A stretch of DNA of 64,000 bases from Acidimicrobiia bacterium (GTDB taxonomy: Bacteria; Actinomycetota; Acidimicrobiia; Spongiisociales; ZC4RG35): contig CBDBCY010000004.1 of NCBI GenBank assembly GCA_965203555.1, positions 3,040,001 through 3,104,000 on the forward strand, read 5' to 3'. Both the position numbers and the translations under genes were made by a program. The notes below the pieces were generated by a model. The model saw only the letters and a list, made by a program, of their open reading frames with translations, had not been told where the DNA came from and searched no databases. Positions 28,254 to 38,262 of this stretch are shown here, piece by piece. How positions within the stretch are numbered: position 1 is the stretch's first letter; each line of letters begins with the position of its first letter.

Positions 28254-29504
28254 TTGAAGAAACTGCTGGGCGTGTTGCCTGCGATCAGCATCGAGGGGCC
28301 TCGAGCGGTGGGTAAGACACGAACCGCTCTCCGTCATGCCGAAACGGTATATGCCCTGGACGATCCCGAAGTCTTCGATGCGGTTAGAAAAGATCCCCGG
28401 CGAATAACGCAAGGGGAGGCGCCGATTCTCATCGACGAGTGGCAACGTTACCCCCCTGCTTGGGATATTGTTCGCCGTGAGGTTGACAAAGACTTCAGCC
28501 CAGGCCGATTCATTCTCACCGGCTCTGCTCGTCCGCAGGACTTTCCCGCGCATTCCGGCGCAGGCCGCATGGTGACACTACGGATGTGGACAACCACACT
28601 TGCAGAACGCTTCCAATACCAACGGAGTTGGTCCACAGTGAGCCTCCGGCGCCTCTTGTCGGGAGACTGTCCGGAAATCGGAGGCAGCACAGATCTAACC
28701 GTGGAGGATTATGCGCAGGAGATCGTGGCAGGTGGGTTCCCCGGCTGGCGCTACGCAATGGGACGAGCGCGGCGCCTCCTGCTCGACGGTTATCTGCATC
28801 GCCTTGCCGAGCACGATTTCCCCCTTGCGGGTCATCGATTGCGCAATCCGGCCGCGTTGCGTCGGTGGCTGACAGCCTATTCGGCGGTGACCGCCACAAA
28901 TGCCTCCTACGAAGCCATCCGAGATGCGGCAACCTCCGGCGAAGGAGAAAAACCGGCAAAAACCACAACTCTGGCTTACCGTGACACCCTGGAGGCCATG
29001 TGGGTGCTGGAGCCCCTACCGGCTTGGCTTCCGTTTGGAAGTCATCTCAGCAGGCTGAAGCGGGGTCCAAAGCATCATCTGACCGACACCGCTTTGGCGG
29101 TGAGACTCTTGAATGTCACCGCCGATTCGCTGCTGGGCGGAGGTCCGGCGCCCTCCACTGCCCCGGCCGGGGCTCCCGCCAATCTACTGGGCGCGTTTTT
29201 CGAGTCCCTGATCACCCACGACATGCGTGTCTACGCTCAAGCCGGCGATGCTCGGGTGTCGCATATGCGCACTTGGAACGATCAGCGCGAAGTGGACATC
29301 ATTGTCGAGCACGAAGGCAGAGTGCTGGCGACAGAAGTCAAGTTGGGTGGGGAGGTGACACGAAGGGACACCCGTCACCTCCTCTGGTTGCGGGACCGCC
29401 TGGGACCGGGCCTCCTCGATGCCATGGTGGTTACCACCGGCAGGAGAGCCTATCGCAATGATGAGGGCATTGCCATAGTACCCGCGGGTCTGCTGGGACC
29501 CTGA
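28254..29504 (+). CDS. AAA_14 / DUF4143 ATP-binding protein
   Basis: GPRAVGKT, ILIDEWQ, FILTGS, HSGAGR, REVDIIVE..EVK; start uncertain because the conserved YLPRIAD lies just upstream. Confidence 0.9.
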   Translation: MKKLLGVLPAISIEGPRAVGKTRTALRHAETVYALDDPEVFDAVRKDPRRITQGEAPILIDEWQRYPPAWDIVRREVDKDFSPGRFILTGSARPQDFPAHSGAGRMVTLRMWTTTLAERFQYQRSWSTVSLRRLLSGDCPEIGGSTDLTVEDYAQEIVAGGFPGWRYAMGRARRLLLDGYLHRLAEHDFPLAGHRLRNPAALRRWLTAYSAVTATNASYEAIRDAATSGEGEKPAKTTTLAYRDTLEAMWVLEPLPAWLPFGSHLSRLKRGPKHHLTDTALAVRLLNVTADSLLGGGPAPSTAPAGAPANLLGAFFESLITHDMRVYAQAGDARVSHMRTWNDQREVDIIVEHEGRVLATEVKLGGEVTRRDTRHLLWLRDRLGPGLLDAMVVTTGRRAYRNDEGIAIVPAGLLGP

Positions 29505-29625
29505 TCCGTCTCTCGTCGGGCCGGTCCCCGAGCCCGCCGTGGAATGCAGAGGGTTTCGTGCCTCTCCGTGTTCTTACGGCGACGAGCCGTTCGGGCATGT
29601 GCCCTTGTGGTGAGGGCTCGAATCG

Positions 29626-30417
29626 TCAGCGGCCGCGGAAACTGGGACGGCGTTTTTCGGCGATGGCCCGGAGGGCTTCGTCGTGGTCGTCGGAGAGGAA
29701 AGTGACCAGTTCCCAACCCCCTGCCGAGTCGAAGGCCACGTTGAGGGCGTCCTTGATGAGCTTGTTGACCGCCATCTTGGTGAAGCGAATGGCCAGGGGG
29801 GCGCCTTTGGCCAACCGCCGGGCGAACGCCACTGTCTCCGGCAGGAGTTGGTCGGCTGCGAAGACCCGATTGACCAGCCCGATCCTTTCCGCCTCTTCGG
29901 CGGAGAGGGGATTGCCGGTCATCAGGTATTCCTTGGCTCGGGCGGGTCCCACCAGGAGCGGCCAGATGGCGGTGCCCCCGTCTCCGGCCACCAGGCCCAC
30001 CCGTACGTGGGGATCGGAGATGACCGCGTCTTCGGCCATGAAGATCACGTCGCACAGCAGGGCTATGGATGCACCCAAGCCCACCGCCGGGCCGTTGACG
30101 GCGGCGATGATGGGGATCTCGATGTCCACCAGATCCCAGATGAGTTGTTTGGCGTCCCGGCGGAGATGATCCAGCTTGGCAGTGTCCCGCAGCGTCGGAA
30201 ACCACCCGAAGTCTCCTCCGGCCGAGAAGGCGCCTTCGCTTCCGGTCAGAATCGCCACCCGCGCCTCGTCTTCCCGTTTCAGCATTCTGAACAGCGCGGT
30301 CAGGTCCTCATGCAGTTGCCCGTCCACGGTGTTGAGCCTCGAGCGGGGATTGTCGATGACGGCGGTCAGTACATCTCCGTCACGCTGGATGCCGATGGTG
30401 GGAAGTTGGCTTTCCAT
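29626..30417 (-). CDS. Enoyl-CoA hydratase/isomerase family protein
   Basis: FSAGGD, AAVNGPAVGLG, PHVRVGLVAGDG. Confidence 0.92.
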   Translation of the reverse strand: MESQLPTIGIQRDGDVLTAVIDNPRSRLNTVDGQLHEDLTALFRMLKREDEARVAILTGSEGAFSAGGDFGWFPTLRDTAKLDHLRRDAKQLIWDLVDIEIPIIAAVNGPAVGLGASIALLCDVIFMAEDAVISDPHVRVGLVAGDGGTAIWPLLVGPARAKEYLMTGNPLSAEEAERIGLVNRVFAADQLLPETVAFARRLAKGAPLAIRFTKMAVNKLIKDALNVAFDSAGGWELVTFLSDDHDEALRAIAEKRRPSFRGR

Positions 30418-30516
30418 TTTGCTCCTTGCCGAAAAACAGTCAGACTAATGGCCGGGCGCCGGGCTCGCCGCGTCTGCCAAAATAGTGTTGACATGGGCGT
30501 CCATTTGGAGCAGTAG

Positions 30517-31875
30517 GTGTTCGAAACATTAACTCAACGGTTTTCCAGGGTGTTCACCCGCCTGAAGGGAAAGGGACGCGTCACTCCGGCCGACCTGCGA
30601 TCGGCGTTGCGAGATGTGCGACTGGCCTTGCTGGACGCTGACGTCAACGTGGAAGTGGTCAATGGACTGGTGGAGCGTATCAGGAAGAGGGCAAGGGGGG
30701 CTGAGGTTTCCCGCAGTCTCACTCCCGGTCAGCAGGTCATCAAGATCGTCCACTCGGAGTTGATCAAAACCCTGGGGGAAGAACCGGCGCCACTGACGGT
30801 CAAAGGATCGCCTCTCACCATGATGCTGATCGGACTGCAGGGCGCCGGAAAGACCACTACCTCGGCCAAGGTAGCTCTGCATCTACGGGAGAAATACGGG
30901 AAGCGACCGCTGCTGGTGGCGGCGGACCTCCAGCGTCCCGCCGCGGTTGAGCAATTGGTGACTTTGGGAGGGAGAGCGGGGGTGGAGGTTTATCGAGATG
31001 CAGGCGCCTCCAACCCGCGGAGGGTGGTCCGCTCTGCTATGCGCCATGCCCGGGCTCGGGGCCACGATGCGGTGGTGATCGACACTGCCGGAAGACTGCA
31101 GATCGACAGGCGTCTGATGAGGGAACTGGCCGCCATGGCGGAGATCGCCCGTCCCCAGGAGACATTGCTGGTAGTGGACGCCATGACCGGTCAGGACGCG
31201 GTCAATGTGGCGCAGGGATTCTCCGAGAAAGTGGACCTGACGGGCATTGTCCTTTCCAAGTTGGACGGGGATGCCCGGGGAGGGGCGGCCATCTCGGTGA
31301 GTGAGGCCACCGGCCAAAAGGTCAAACTGGTTGGGGAAGGGGAGGAACTGGCGGCGCTGGCCGTTTTCCATCCTGATCGAATGGCTTCGCGCATTCTCGG
31401 GATGGGGGATGTGATGACTTTGATCGAAAAGGCAGAGGCTGTCACTGCTGCGGGCGACGCCGACAGGTTCGTGCGCGGCGCAGTCAACCAGAATCTGGGC
31501 CTCGATGACTTCTTGGAGCAGTTGCACAATTTGAGGAGGATGGGAGGTTTGAATCAGGTTCTTGCTATGATGCCCGGTGGGGCCCGATCAGGCATTGCCG
31601 GATTGAGCGATGACGAGATGCGTCGCACGGTGGGGATCATCCATTCGATGACTCCCGAAGAGAGACGCAATCCCAAACTGATCACCGGCAGCCGCCGACG
31701 TCGAATTGCCAACGGGTCGGGCGCCACGGTTGCGGCGGTGAACCGTTTGCTGAAGAGGTTCGCCGATACACAAAGAATGATGAACATGCTGTCCGGCGGG
31801 ACGAAGGTTCCAGGAATGGGGATGGAAGGTCTTCTCCAGCCGGCCAGGACCCGACGAAGACGACGTAAGAGGTGA
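30517..31875 (+). CDS. ffh: Signal recognition particle protein
   Basis: GLQGAGKTT, DTAGR, SKLDGDARGG, RILGMGD, M-domain. Confidence 0.97.
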   Translation: MFETLTQRFSRVFTRLKGKGRVTPADLRSALRDVRLALLDADVNVEVVNGLVERIRKRARGAEVSRSLTPGQQVIKIVHSELIKTLGEEPAPLTVKGSPLTMMLIGLQGAGKTTTSAKVALHLREKYGKRPLLVAADLQRPAAVEQLVTLGGRAGVEVYRDAGASNPRRVVRSAMRHARARGHDAVVIDTAGRLQIDRRLMRELAAMAEIARPQETLLVVDAMTGQDAVNVAQGFSEKVDLTGIVLSKLDGDARGGAAISVSEATGQKVKLVGEGEELAALAVFHPDRMASRILGMGDVMTLIEKAEAVTAAGDADRFVRGAVNQNLGLDDFLEQLHNLRRMGGLNQVLAMMPGGARSGIAGLSDDEMRRTVGIIHSMTPEERRNPKLITGSRRRRIANGSGATVAAVNRLLKRFADTQRMMNMLSGGTKVPGMGMEGLLQPARTRRRRRKR

Positions 31876-31882
31876 GGAAACC

Positions 31883-32257
31883 ATGGCGGTACGCATCCGT
31901 CTGATGAGGATGGGAAAAAAGAAGAAGCCCAGCTACCGAGTGGTGGTGACCGATGGCCGGAAGCCGCGTGGCGGGCGGTATATAGAGCAGATTGGCCGCT
32001 ACGACCCATTGGCTGAACCATCGGTGATCGAGATATCCAACGACCGGGCGGTGGAGTGGTTGGCGAAAGGCGCACAACCTTCTGACCGGGTAAGGAAACT
32101 CATGGAGATTTCAGGCGCTTGGACCCGTTACCGCGTGGCGGCGGGCAAAGCCCATCGAGTGAGTGACGAGTCCTTGTCGGCAGCCGGTCCTGTCTCCGGT
32201 AAGGCGCAGGGGCCCGAGGGGAACATGGCGCAAGCACCCGCCGCTTCGGCATCCTGA
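31883..32257 (+). CDS. rpsP: 30S ribosomal protein S16
   Basis: MAVRIRLMRMGKKKKPSYRVVV. Confidence 0.97.
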   Translation: MAVRIRLMRMGKKKKPSYRVVVTDGRKPRGGRYIEQIGRYDPLAEPSVIEISNDRAVEWLAKGAQPSDRVRKLMEISGAWTRYRVAAGKAHRVSDESLSAAGPVSGKAQGPEGNMAQAPAASAS

Positions 32258-32264
32258 GCGAAGC

Positions 32265-32519
32265 ATGAGCATGCGAGATACCGAAAGAGTGGAACGGTTG
32301 ATCGGCTATCTGGTGCGGGAGATTGTCGAAAAACCCTCTCAGGTGAGTGTGAAAATGGTGAGGAACCGGCGCAAGAAGGTTTTGGCAGAGGTCCGGGCAG
32401 CCAAACAGGATATGGGTAGATTGATTGGTCGGCGAGGGCGAACCGCCAACGCGATACGTACTCTTGCGCAGATCGTTTGTGACGATGACTGGATCGTCGA
32501 GATCGAATTCCTCGACTGA
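32265..32519 (+). CDS. khpA: KH-domain RNA-binding protein
   Basis: DMGRLIGRRGRTANAIR; position between rpsP and rimM. Confidence 0.9.
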   Translation: MSMRDTERVERLIGYLVREIVEKPSQVSVKMVRNRRKKVLAEVRAAKQDMGRLIGRRGRTANAIRTLAQIVCDDDWIVEIEFLD

Positions 32520-33003
32520 CCACGTACCGGTGGGGCGGGTAGGACCGCCCCATGGATTGGATGGGACGGTCTATGTCTGGCCGGACACCGACGATCCCCA
32601 TCGATTCGCGCCGGGCGCCAGGTTATGGGTGGAGGGAGACCGATTGCAGGTGGAGATGATTCGCCGCAGCCCCGAAAGGCTGTTCGTCAAATTCCGGGAG
32701 GTTTCAGACCGGACCTCCGCCGAGAGGCTGAGGGGACGCCGGGTATTCATAGAGGAACACCAGCGCCGTGAATTGGGATCGGAGGAATATTGGCCCGACC
32801 AGTTGGAGGGTCTGGAGGCGAGGACTCCATCGGGCGAATCGGTTGGTCGGGTGAGAAGGGTGGTGTGGGCCGAGGTTCAGAACCGGCTGGTGATCGAGAC
32901 GAAAGCCGGTCCGAGGGAAGTCCCCTTCGTGGATGAACTGGTGCCCGCCGTGAATCCGGAAGAGGGATACCTCACGGTGATCGATATTCCCGGGCTGCTC
33001 TAG
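32485..33003 (+). CDS. rimM: Ribosome maturation factor RimM
   Basis: VGRVGPPHGLDG, EYWPDQLEG, VPFVDELVP; start approximate. Confidence 0.9.
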   Translation: MTGSSRSNSSTDHVPVGRVGPPHGLDGTVYVWPDTDDPHRFAPGARLWVEGDRLQVEMIRRSPERLFVKFREVSDRTSAERLRGRRVFIEEHQRRELGSEEYWPDQLEGLEARTPSGESVGRVRRVVWAEVQNRLVIETKAGPREVPFVDELVPAVNPEEGYLTVIDIPGLL

Positions 33004-33089
33004 GCGGGCCGACCCGGCAGTCCACGGGTGTGCTGAGAGGCGGACTCAGCGGTGGCTTTCCTACCGACGGTGGGCGGGGCGGAAGGCGT

Positions 33090-34070
33090 TCACTCAGTGA
33101 AGAACAGCCTGGTCTGTACGTCCTCGACCTGAAGCGTGGTCCATCCACGGGGGCCTTCGGGGAAGACGGCCGTGAAGCCCAACCACAGGTCATCGGCGCC
33201 CCTCAGGGGAAAACCCGCCTCCGTGACCTCCCCATTCACATCGGTGAGAGTTACCATCCACTCTTCCGATCCGGGGCGAAGGTATCCGGCCACTGCGAAG
33301 GGATACTGGAATGTCTCCCCCTCGGGCAACAGCAGGACCGCCCGGGAGGTGACCAGCGGCGGGCGGGAGAAAGGGGCGCCGCCTGGGCGGAGGTCAACCG
33401 TCAACATGGCGGGACCCGAGCTTGGGATGACTCGGGCCAAGGCCGGTTCTGCCAGGTGGAGGTCTACATATGTACCGCCCCCGGGGGACCTCAGAACGTA
33501 GAGCCGATCGACCAGCAGGCTGTCCACCAGTTGGTAGGAGACCGCTGAGGTCTCCACCTCCGGGCCCAGGAGCAGACGCAGCACTCCGTGCTCCCGGAAC
33601 AAAACCAGCAACGCCGAGGGTGGGACCAGGGTGGGAGCTCCCTCCAAGCTGGCCATCGAGAATACGAAACGCTCGCACCCTTCCCAGATACGCCAGTCGA
33701 CTGTGGCCAGCAGGGCGGAATCCGATCCGGTCGGGGCATAGCTGTCTATCTCGCCGGTTTCCCCGAAGAAGGGCGCCTCTGTGAGGCAGGGAGGAATGGG
33801 TTGAAGTGGGGTCTCTTCAGGTCCGGTGGTGGAAGTGGATACCGCCGGCGGCGGTGGAGGTGATGTGGTTGTCGTGGTGGTAGCGGCGGTCGTTGGTGTA
33901 GTCGGTACGGTTGACGCGACTGATACCGTGGTTGTGGTCGGCGTTTCCACGGTAATGCAGGAGGCCAACGACATGACGAGTCCGGCCAGAATCCCCCGGC
34001 GAAGCATCCTGCTCAGGCTAGTTGGGGCGACTGTCTGTTGCCATGGGTCCACTGGGGATCGGGACTTCAA
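33090..34070 (-). CDS. Putative lipoprotein with Thr/Pro-rich linker
   Basis: Lipobox-like LASC followed by a T/P-rich linker and a globular domain. Confidence 0.7.
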   Translation of the reverse strand: MKSRSPVDPWQQTVAPTSLSRMLRRGILAGLVMSLASCITVETPTTTTVSVASTVPTTPTTAATTTTTTSPPPPPAVSTSTTGPEETPLQPIPPCLTEAPFFGETGEIDSYAPTGSDSALLATVDWRIWEGCERFVFSMASLEGAPTLVPPSALLVLFREHGVLRLLLGPEVETSAVSYQLVDSLLVDRLYVLRSPGGGTYVDLHLAEPALARVIPSSGPAMLTVDLRPGGAPFSRPPLVTSRAVLLLPEGETFQYPFAVAGYLRPGSEEWMVTLTDVNGEVTEAGFPLRGADDLWLGFTAVFPEGPRGWTTLQVEDVQTRLFFTE

Positions 34071-34669
34071 TAAGGACAGCCCCAGCGCTGCGAGTGCGCC
34101 ACTTCTGATCGGGGACGTTTTCCCCGCTCCAGGGACCCGGAACGGCGGTCCAGGTCGGGGTAACCCACCGTCACCAGGCCCACCGGCGCCACATGGTCGG
34201 GAATGTGCAGCAGTTCGGGCAAACCCGGCAGGGCGTGAGCCCCCAGAAAACCTGCCGCCAGACCCTCATCCACCGCTGCCAGCAGGACAGCCATCATGGT
34301 GGCCCCGGCGTCCACCCACCAGTAGGGAACCGGCCAGGGCCTTCCCGACCGGTGATCCGCCAGTTTGTCGACCTCTTGATAGCGACGGCGGTAGTCGGAT
34401 TGGGTGACGCACACCACGATGTGTACGGGCGCCCTGGACAACCACGGATCGAACCCACGGGCAATATACCGCGGTTCATCCGCCAGGTCTGCGATCCGCT
34501 GCCGGATGGAACGCTCTGTAACAACGATCAAGGACTGTCCCTGCGCGTACCCCGCCGAGGGCGCCGACAGGCCGGCCGTCACGATCCGGTCCACTGCCTC
34601 CGGACAGACGGTGAGGGGCTGATAGTTGCGAACCATGCGTCTTCGCTTGATTGTTTGGCTGAACTCCAT
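34067..34669 (-). CDS. Nitroreductase family protein
   Basis: RRRMVRNY, APSAG, WWVDAG. Confidence 0.9.
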   Translation of the reverse strand: MEFSQTIKRRRMVRNYQPLTVCPEAVDRIVTAGLSAPSAGYAQGQSLIVVTERSIRQRIADLADEPRYIARGFDPWLSRAPVHIVVCVTQSDYRRRYQEVDKLADHRSGRPWPVPYWWVDAGATMMAVLLAAVDEGLAAGFLGAHALPGLPELLHIPDHVAPVGLVTVGYPDLDRRSGSLERGKRPRSEVAHSQRWGCPY

Positions 34670-35675
34670 GGCTTCCTCTCTCCGGCTTGTCGGCCGCCTG
34701 GATGGCTGCGGGTGCGTTACCCTCGATAGTGTGGCAGGTTTGTCATCTGTGGACGGGAATGGATTGTCGTTTCCCCGTGCAGGTTTGCAGACTCCCGTGT
34801 TGTGGACCCGGGGACGGGGTTGTCACGAACTGGCGGAACTGCTCGGTTCCCGGCGCCCTGCTCGGGTGACTGCCGATCTAATGGACGCGGCGGTACAGCG
34901 CCGTTCCACGATGTTGGTGTCCCGAAGACTCCCGAGCACCGACCTGCTCAGGGTGGCGGTGCCCGTCGATTTCAACCGTTCGGGGGTGGCAGCGGTGGCG
35001 GCCGCCGTGGCCGGGGGCCCAAATTCTCGAACCGCCGCACAGGTGGCTCGGCGTCTGGGGGAGAGCCTGGGTGCGCCGGCCTTTATGGCGTGCGCGTACC
35101 GGAGCAACCAGTCGCGGGAGAAGGCGGTCTCGGTGGTGGAGAGCCTCTTTCCCCTGGTGCCCGATCTCGAGTACCGGTTGATCGGCGCCGACAATCCCCG
35201 TCAACTCATATCGCAGTTGCCGGAGAATTGCCTGCTGGTGATCGGGGCGCCGGGAGGGAACTGGTTTCAGCGGGTGCTGTTCGGACCGGGCGCCCGACTG
35301 AGGCAGAAGGCCGCCGGGGGAGTGGTTATAGCCCGGTCGGCGCCCGTGCGGGTTTTCCAGATTATGGGGGCGCCTCTGTTTGTGAGTCCCTACCATCTGG
35401 CCGCGGATGTCTTGCGCCTTCACGCCCACCGAGTGCTGGCAGTGGCGGAGAACGGCACCCTGGTGGGCGTGGTGCGTCGTTCGTCGCTTTCGGCGGCGGG
35501 AAGGGGAGTGACGGTGGCGAAGGTTATGGAGGCGCCTCGCGCCATAGGACAGGCGGTGCCCGTTTCCGATGTGGCCACTCACGCCGATTGGTTTGGTGAG
35601 TCTCCGGTGCCGGTCGTTGATGATGCTGGGCGCTTGGTGGGTTCGGTGACCCGTCCTGCCGGTTCTTCTGCCTGA
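34626..35675 (+). CDS. USP-like + CBS-domain protein (start uncertain, probably downstream of 34626)
   Basis: C-terminal CBS-like VPVVDDAGRLVG; middle AVAGGPNS..LLVIGA resembles USP; TGATG-coupled to the ABC ATPase. Confidence 0.6.
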   Translation: MRTMRLRLIVWLNSMASSLRLVGRLDGCGCVTLDSVAGLSSVDGNGLSFPRAGLQTPVLWTRGRGCHELAELLGSRRPARVTADLMDAAVQRRSTMLVSRRLPSTDLLRVAVPVDFNRSGVAAVAAAVAGGPNSRTAAQVARRLGESLGAPAFMACAYRSNQSREKAVSVVESLFPLVPDLEYRLIGADNPRQLISQLPENCLLVIGAPGGNWFQRVLFGPGARLRQKAAGGVVIARSAPVRVFQIMGAPLFVSPYHLAADVLRLHAHRVLAVAENGTLVGVVRRSSLSAAGRGVTVAKVMEAPRAIGQAVPVSDVATHADWFGESPVPVVDDAGRLVGSVTRPAGSSA

Positions 35676-36823
35676 TGAACGACCGGGCAGGCGCCGACGG
35701 TCAGCCCATGATCTCTCTCAGAGAGGTCTCCAAGATCTACGGCGCGTCGTCCGCCCCTGCGGTGGAGTCCCTAAGCCTTGAAATCCTCGGCGGGGAGATA
35801 GTGGTTCTGGTGGGACCGTCGGGATGCGGGAAGACCACGGTGCTCAAGATGATCAACCGCCTGGTGGCGCCCACTTCCGGAGACATAGAGGTAAACGGGA
35901 GGCCCATCCGGGACGGTGAGCCGCACCTGTTGCGCCGGTCGATCGGTTACGTGATCCAGCAGGTGGGCCTTTTTCCCCACTGGACGGTCCGCCGCAACAT
36001 CGCCACCGTTCCCGACCTGCTGGGCTGGTCACCCCAAAGAACCGCCCAGCGAACGGGGGAACTGGCCCGGCTGGTGGGTTTGGACGAGTCGATGCTGGAC
36101 CGATATCCGGCAGCACTCTCCGGGGGACAGCAGCAGCGGGTGGGGGTGGCCCGGGCACTGGCTGCCGATCCACCGGTGCTGTTGATGGATGAGCCGTTCG
36201 GAGCAGTGGATCCGATCGTCCGCCATCGGCTGCAAGACGAACTTCTGGATCTGCAGGAGCGCCTTCGCAAGACCATTGTCTTCGTCACGCACGACATCGA
36301 AGAGGCAATAAAACTCGGTGATCGGATCGTCATCCTGAACGTGGGAGGAGTGCTGGAGCAACAGGGAAGCCCCGCCGAAATTCTCAGTCGCCCCGCCAGC
36401 CGGTTCGTGGAGGATTTCATCGGGGCGGAGAGGAATCTGCAGCGACTTGCGCTGCGGAGAGTAGCCGAACTCCGTCTCAAGTGGGGCCCGATGGTGGAAG
36501 CGTCAGCCACACCCGAGGCTGCCCGGGAGGCAGCGTTGAGAGAGGGTACGGAGTGGGTGGGTTTGCTGTCGGACGGGGTCCTGCGAGGCTGGGTCTTCCT
36601 CTCCGAACTGCCAGTCTCCCCCTCGCTGGAGGACTTGAACCCACGTCCGTTCGGTGCGGTGGTTCGCCGGAGCGCTTCGCTGCGCCGGACGCTGGATGCG
36701 ATGGTGGGATCCAGGCAGGAGATGGCGGTGGTGGCCGAGGACAATTACTACTGCGGTCTGGTCGACTTCAGGATGGTTTCCGAGGCTCTGGGGACTCAAC
36801 GGGGAACAGAGGGCGGAGGGTGA
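35675..36823 (+). CDS. Osmoprotectant (glycine betaine/proline/choline) ABC ATP-binding protein
   Basis: GPSGCGKTT, LSGGQQQRVGVARALA, MDEPFGAVDP. Confidence 0.92.
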   Translation: MNDRAGADGQPMISLREVSKIYGASSAPAVESLSLEILGGEIVVLVGPSGCGKTTVLKMINRLVAPTSGDIEVNGRPIRDGEPHLLRRSIGYVIQQVGLFPHWTVRRNIATVPDLLGWSPQRTAQRTGELARLVGLDESMLDRYPAALSGGQQQRVGVARALAADPPVLLMDEPFGAVDPIVRHRLQDELLDLQERLRKTIVFVTHDIEEAIKLGDRIVILNVGGVLEQQGSPAEILSRPASRFVEDFIGAERNLQRLALRRVAELRLKWGPMVEASATPEAAREAALREGTEWVGLLSDGVLRGWVFLSELPVSPSLEDLNPRPFGAVVRRSASLRRTLDAMVGSRQEMAVVAEDNYYCGLVDFRMVSEALGTQRGTEGGG

Positions 36824-36827
36824 GCTT

Positions 36828-37466
36828 TTGAACTGGGAGTGGGTGGGCCGAAACTGGATCGCCATCGTGGAGAGAACCTGGGAACACATCTTTTTGACCG
36901 GGGTGGCGGTGGTGGTGGGAACCGTGATCGCCATCGGACTGGCGGTGGTGGCGGTGCAGCGACGTCGATGGTACGGACCCATTACTTCTGTAACCAACAT
37001 CCTCTACACAGTTCCTTCCCTGGCGTTGTTTGCCTTCCTGGTTCCCTTCACGGGACTGTCGACCCTGACGTCCGAAATAGGATTGGTCAGCTACACCCTC
37101 CTGATAATCGTGCGCAACACGGTGGCGGGTATCGACGGAGTCTCCCAGGGCGTGAGGGAGGCGGCAGATGGGATGGGGTTCACTCCCCGGCGCCGTTTCT
37201 GGAAAGCCGAATTCCCGCTGGCGTTACCGGTGATAATGGCAGGAATCCGCATCGCCTCCGTCACCACCGTGGGTTTGGTCACCATCACCGCCATTCTGGG
37301 GCAGGGAGGCTTGGGATACTTCATTCTGGCAGGTCTGCGCAGCTTCTTTTGGACGCAGATCATCATCGGCACAGTGGGTTCGGTCTTGCTGGCAGTGGTG
37401 ATCGATGTTGGATTGCTGTGGGTGGAGCGGTTGCTCACTCCGTGGACCGGGCGGGCGGCGGTGTGA
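36828..37466 (+). CDS. Osmoprotectant ABC permease
   Basis: YTVPSLAL, EAADGMG, PLALPVIMAG. Confidence 0.9.
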   Translation: MNWEWVGRNWIAIVERTWEHIFLTGVAVVVGTVIAIGLAVVAVQRRRWYGPITSVTNILYTVPSLALFAFLVPFTGLSTLTSEIGLVSYTLLIIVRNTVAGIDGVSQGVREAADGMGFTPRRRFWKAEFPLALPVIMAGIRIASVTTVGLVTITAILGQGGLGYFILAGLRSFFWTQIIIGTVGSVLLAVVIDVGLLWVERLLTPWTGRAAV

Positions 37467-38146
37467 CGGACCGCCCCCTGGTGGAGGAACTATGGCTGTT
37501 CCTGGGTGATCCCCAAACCTGGTGGGGACCGGCCAGCATACCCTTGCGGCTGGCTGAGCACCTTTTGCTCTCGGCGGTGGCGGTGATCATCGCCGCGGCG
37601 CTGGTGATCCCTCCCGCCCTGTGGGCCGCTCATCGGCGCCGGGGGGTGGTAGCCGCGGCAGCGGTAGTCAACATCGGCCGGGCGGTCCCCACCTTCGGGA
37701 TCCTGGTCATCGTCGTCGTGTGGCTGGGATTGGGCCCATGGCCCGCGCTGGTGGCGCTGGTTGCTTTGAGTGGGCCTCCCATGTTCACCAATACGGTGGC
37801 CGGAGTCCTGGCTGTCGATCCGGCCGTGCTGGAGTCGGCCTGGGGGATGGGGATGACCGGCCGGACAGTCCTGATGAAGGTGGAGGCGCCGTTGGCTCTT
37901 CCGGTGATCGCTGAAGGGGTCAGGATCGCCATTTCCCAGGTTATCGCCACCGCCACCCTGGCCGCCTTGGCGGCGGGCGGTGGATTGGGCCGGTTCATAG
38001 TGGACGGTTTCGCCAAACGGGACCAGGGGGAATTGCTGATCGGGGCGGTGTTGGTGGCTTCGGTGGCGGTGGTGGCGGAGATGATCTTCACCCGCGGGCA
38101 GCGTCGCCTGGTTCCAAGTCTGACTTCAACTGAGGGAAGCCGGTAG
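37463..38146 (+). CDS. Osmoprotectant ABC permease
   Basis: GRAVPT, ESAWGMGMT, GGLGRFI. Confidence 0.9.
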   Translation: MTDRPLVEELWLFLGDPQTWWGPASIPLRLAEHLLLSAVAVIIAAALVIPPALWAAHRRRGVVAAAAVVNIGRAVPTFGILVIVVVWLGLGPWPALVALVALSGPPMFTNTVAGVLAVDPAVLESAWGMGMTGRTVLMKVEAPLALPVIAEGVRIAISQVIATATLAALAAGGGLGRFIVDGFAKRDQGELLIGAVLVASVAVVAEMIFTRGQRRLVPSLTSTEGSR

Positions 38147-38262
38147 CTCGGATCGGCCGGTGGTTTGGGTGGTTGTGCGGCGCGGTAACATCATGTTGGG
38201 AGGCGGGCATCCCAACGGATGTTTCTGCTATCGATTAACTCATTCACAGGAGATAGATACCC

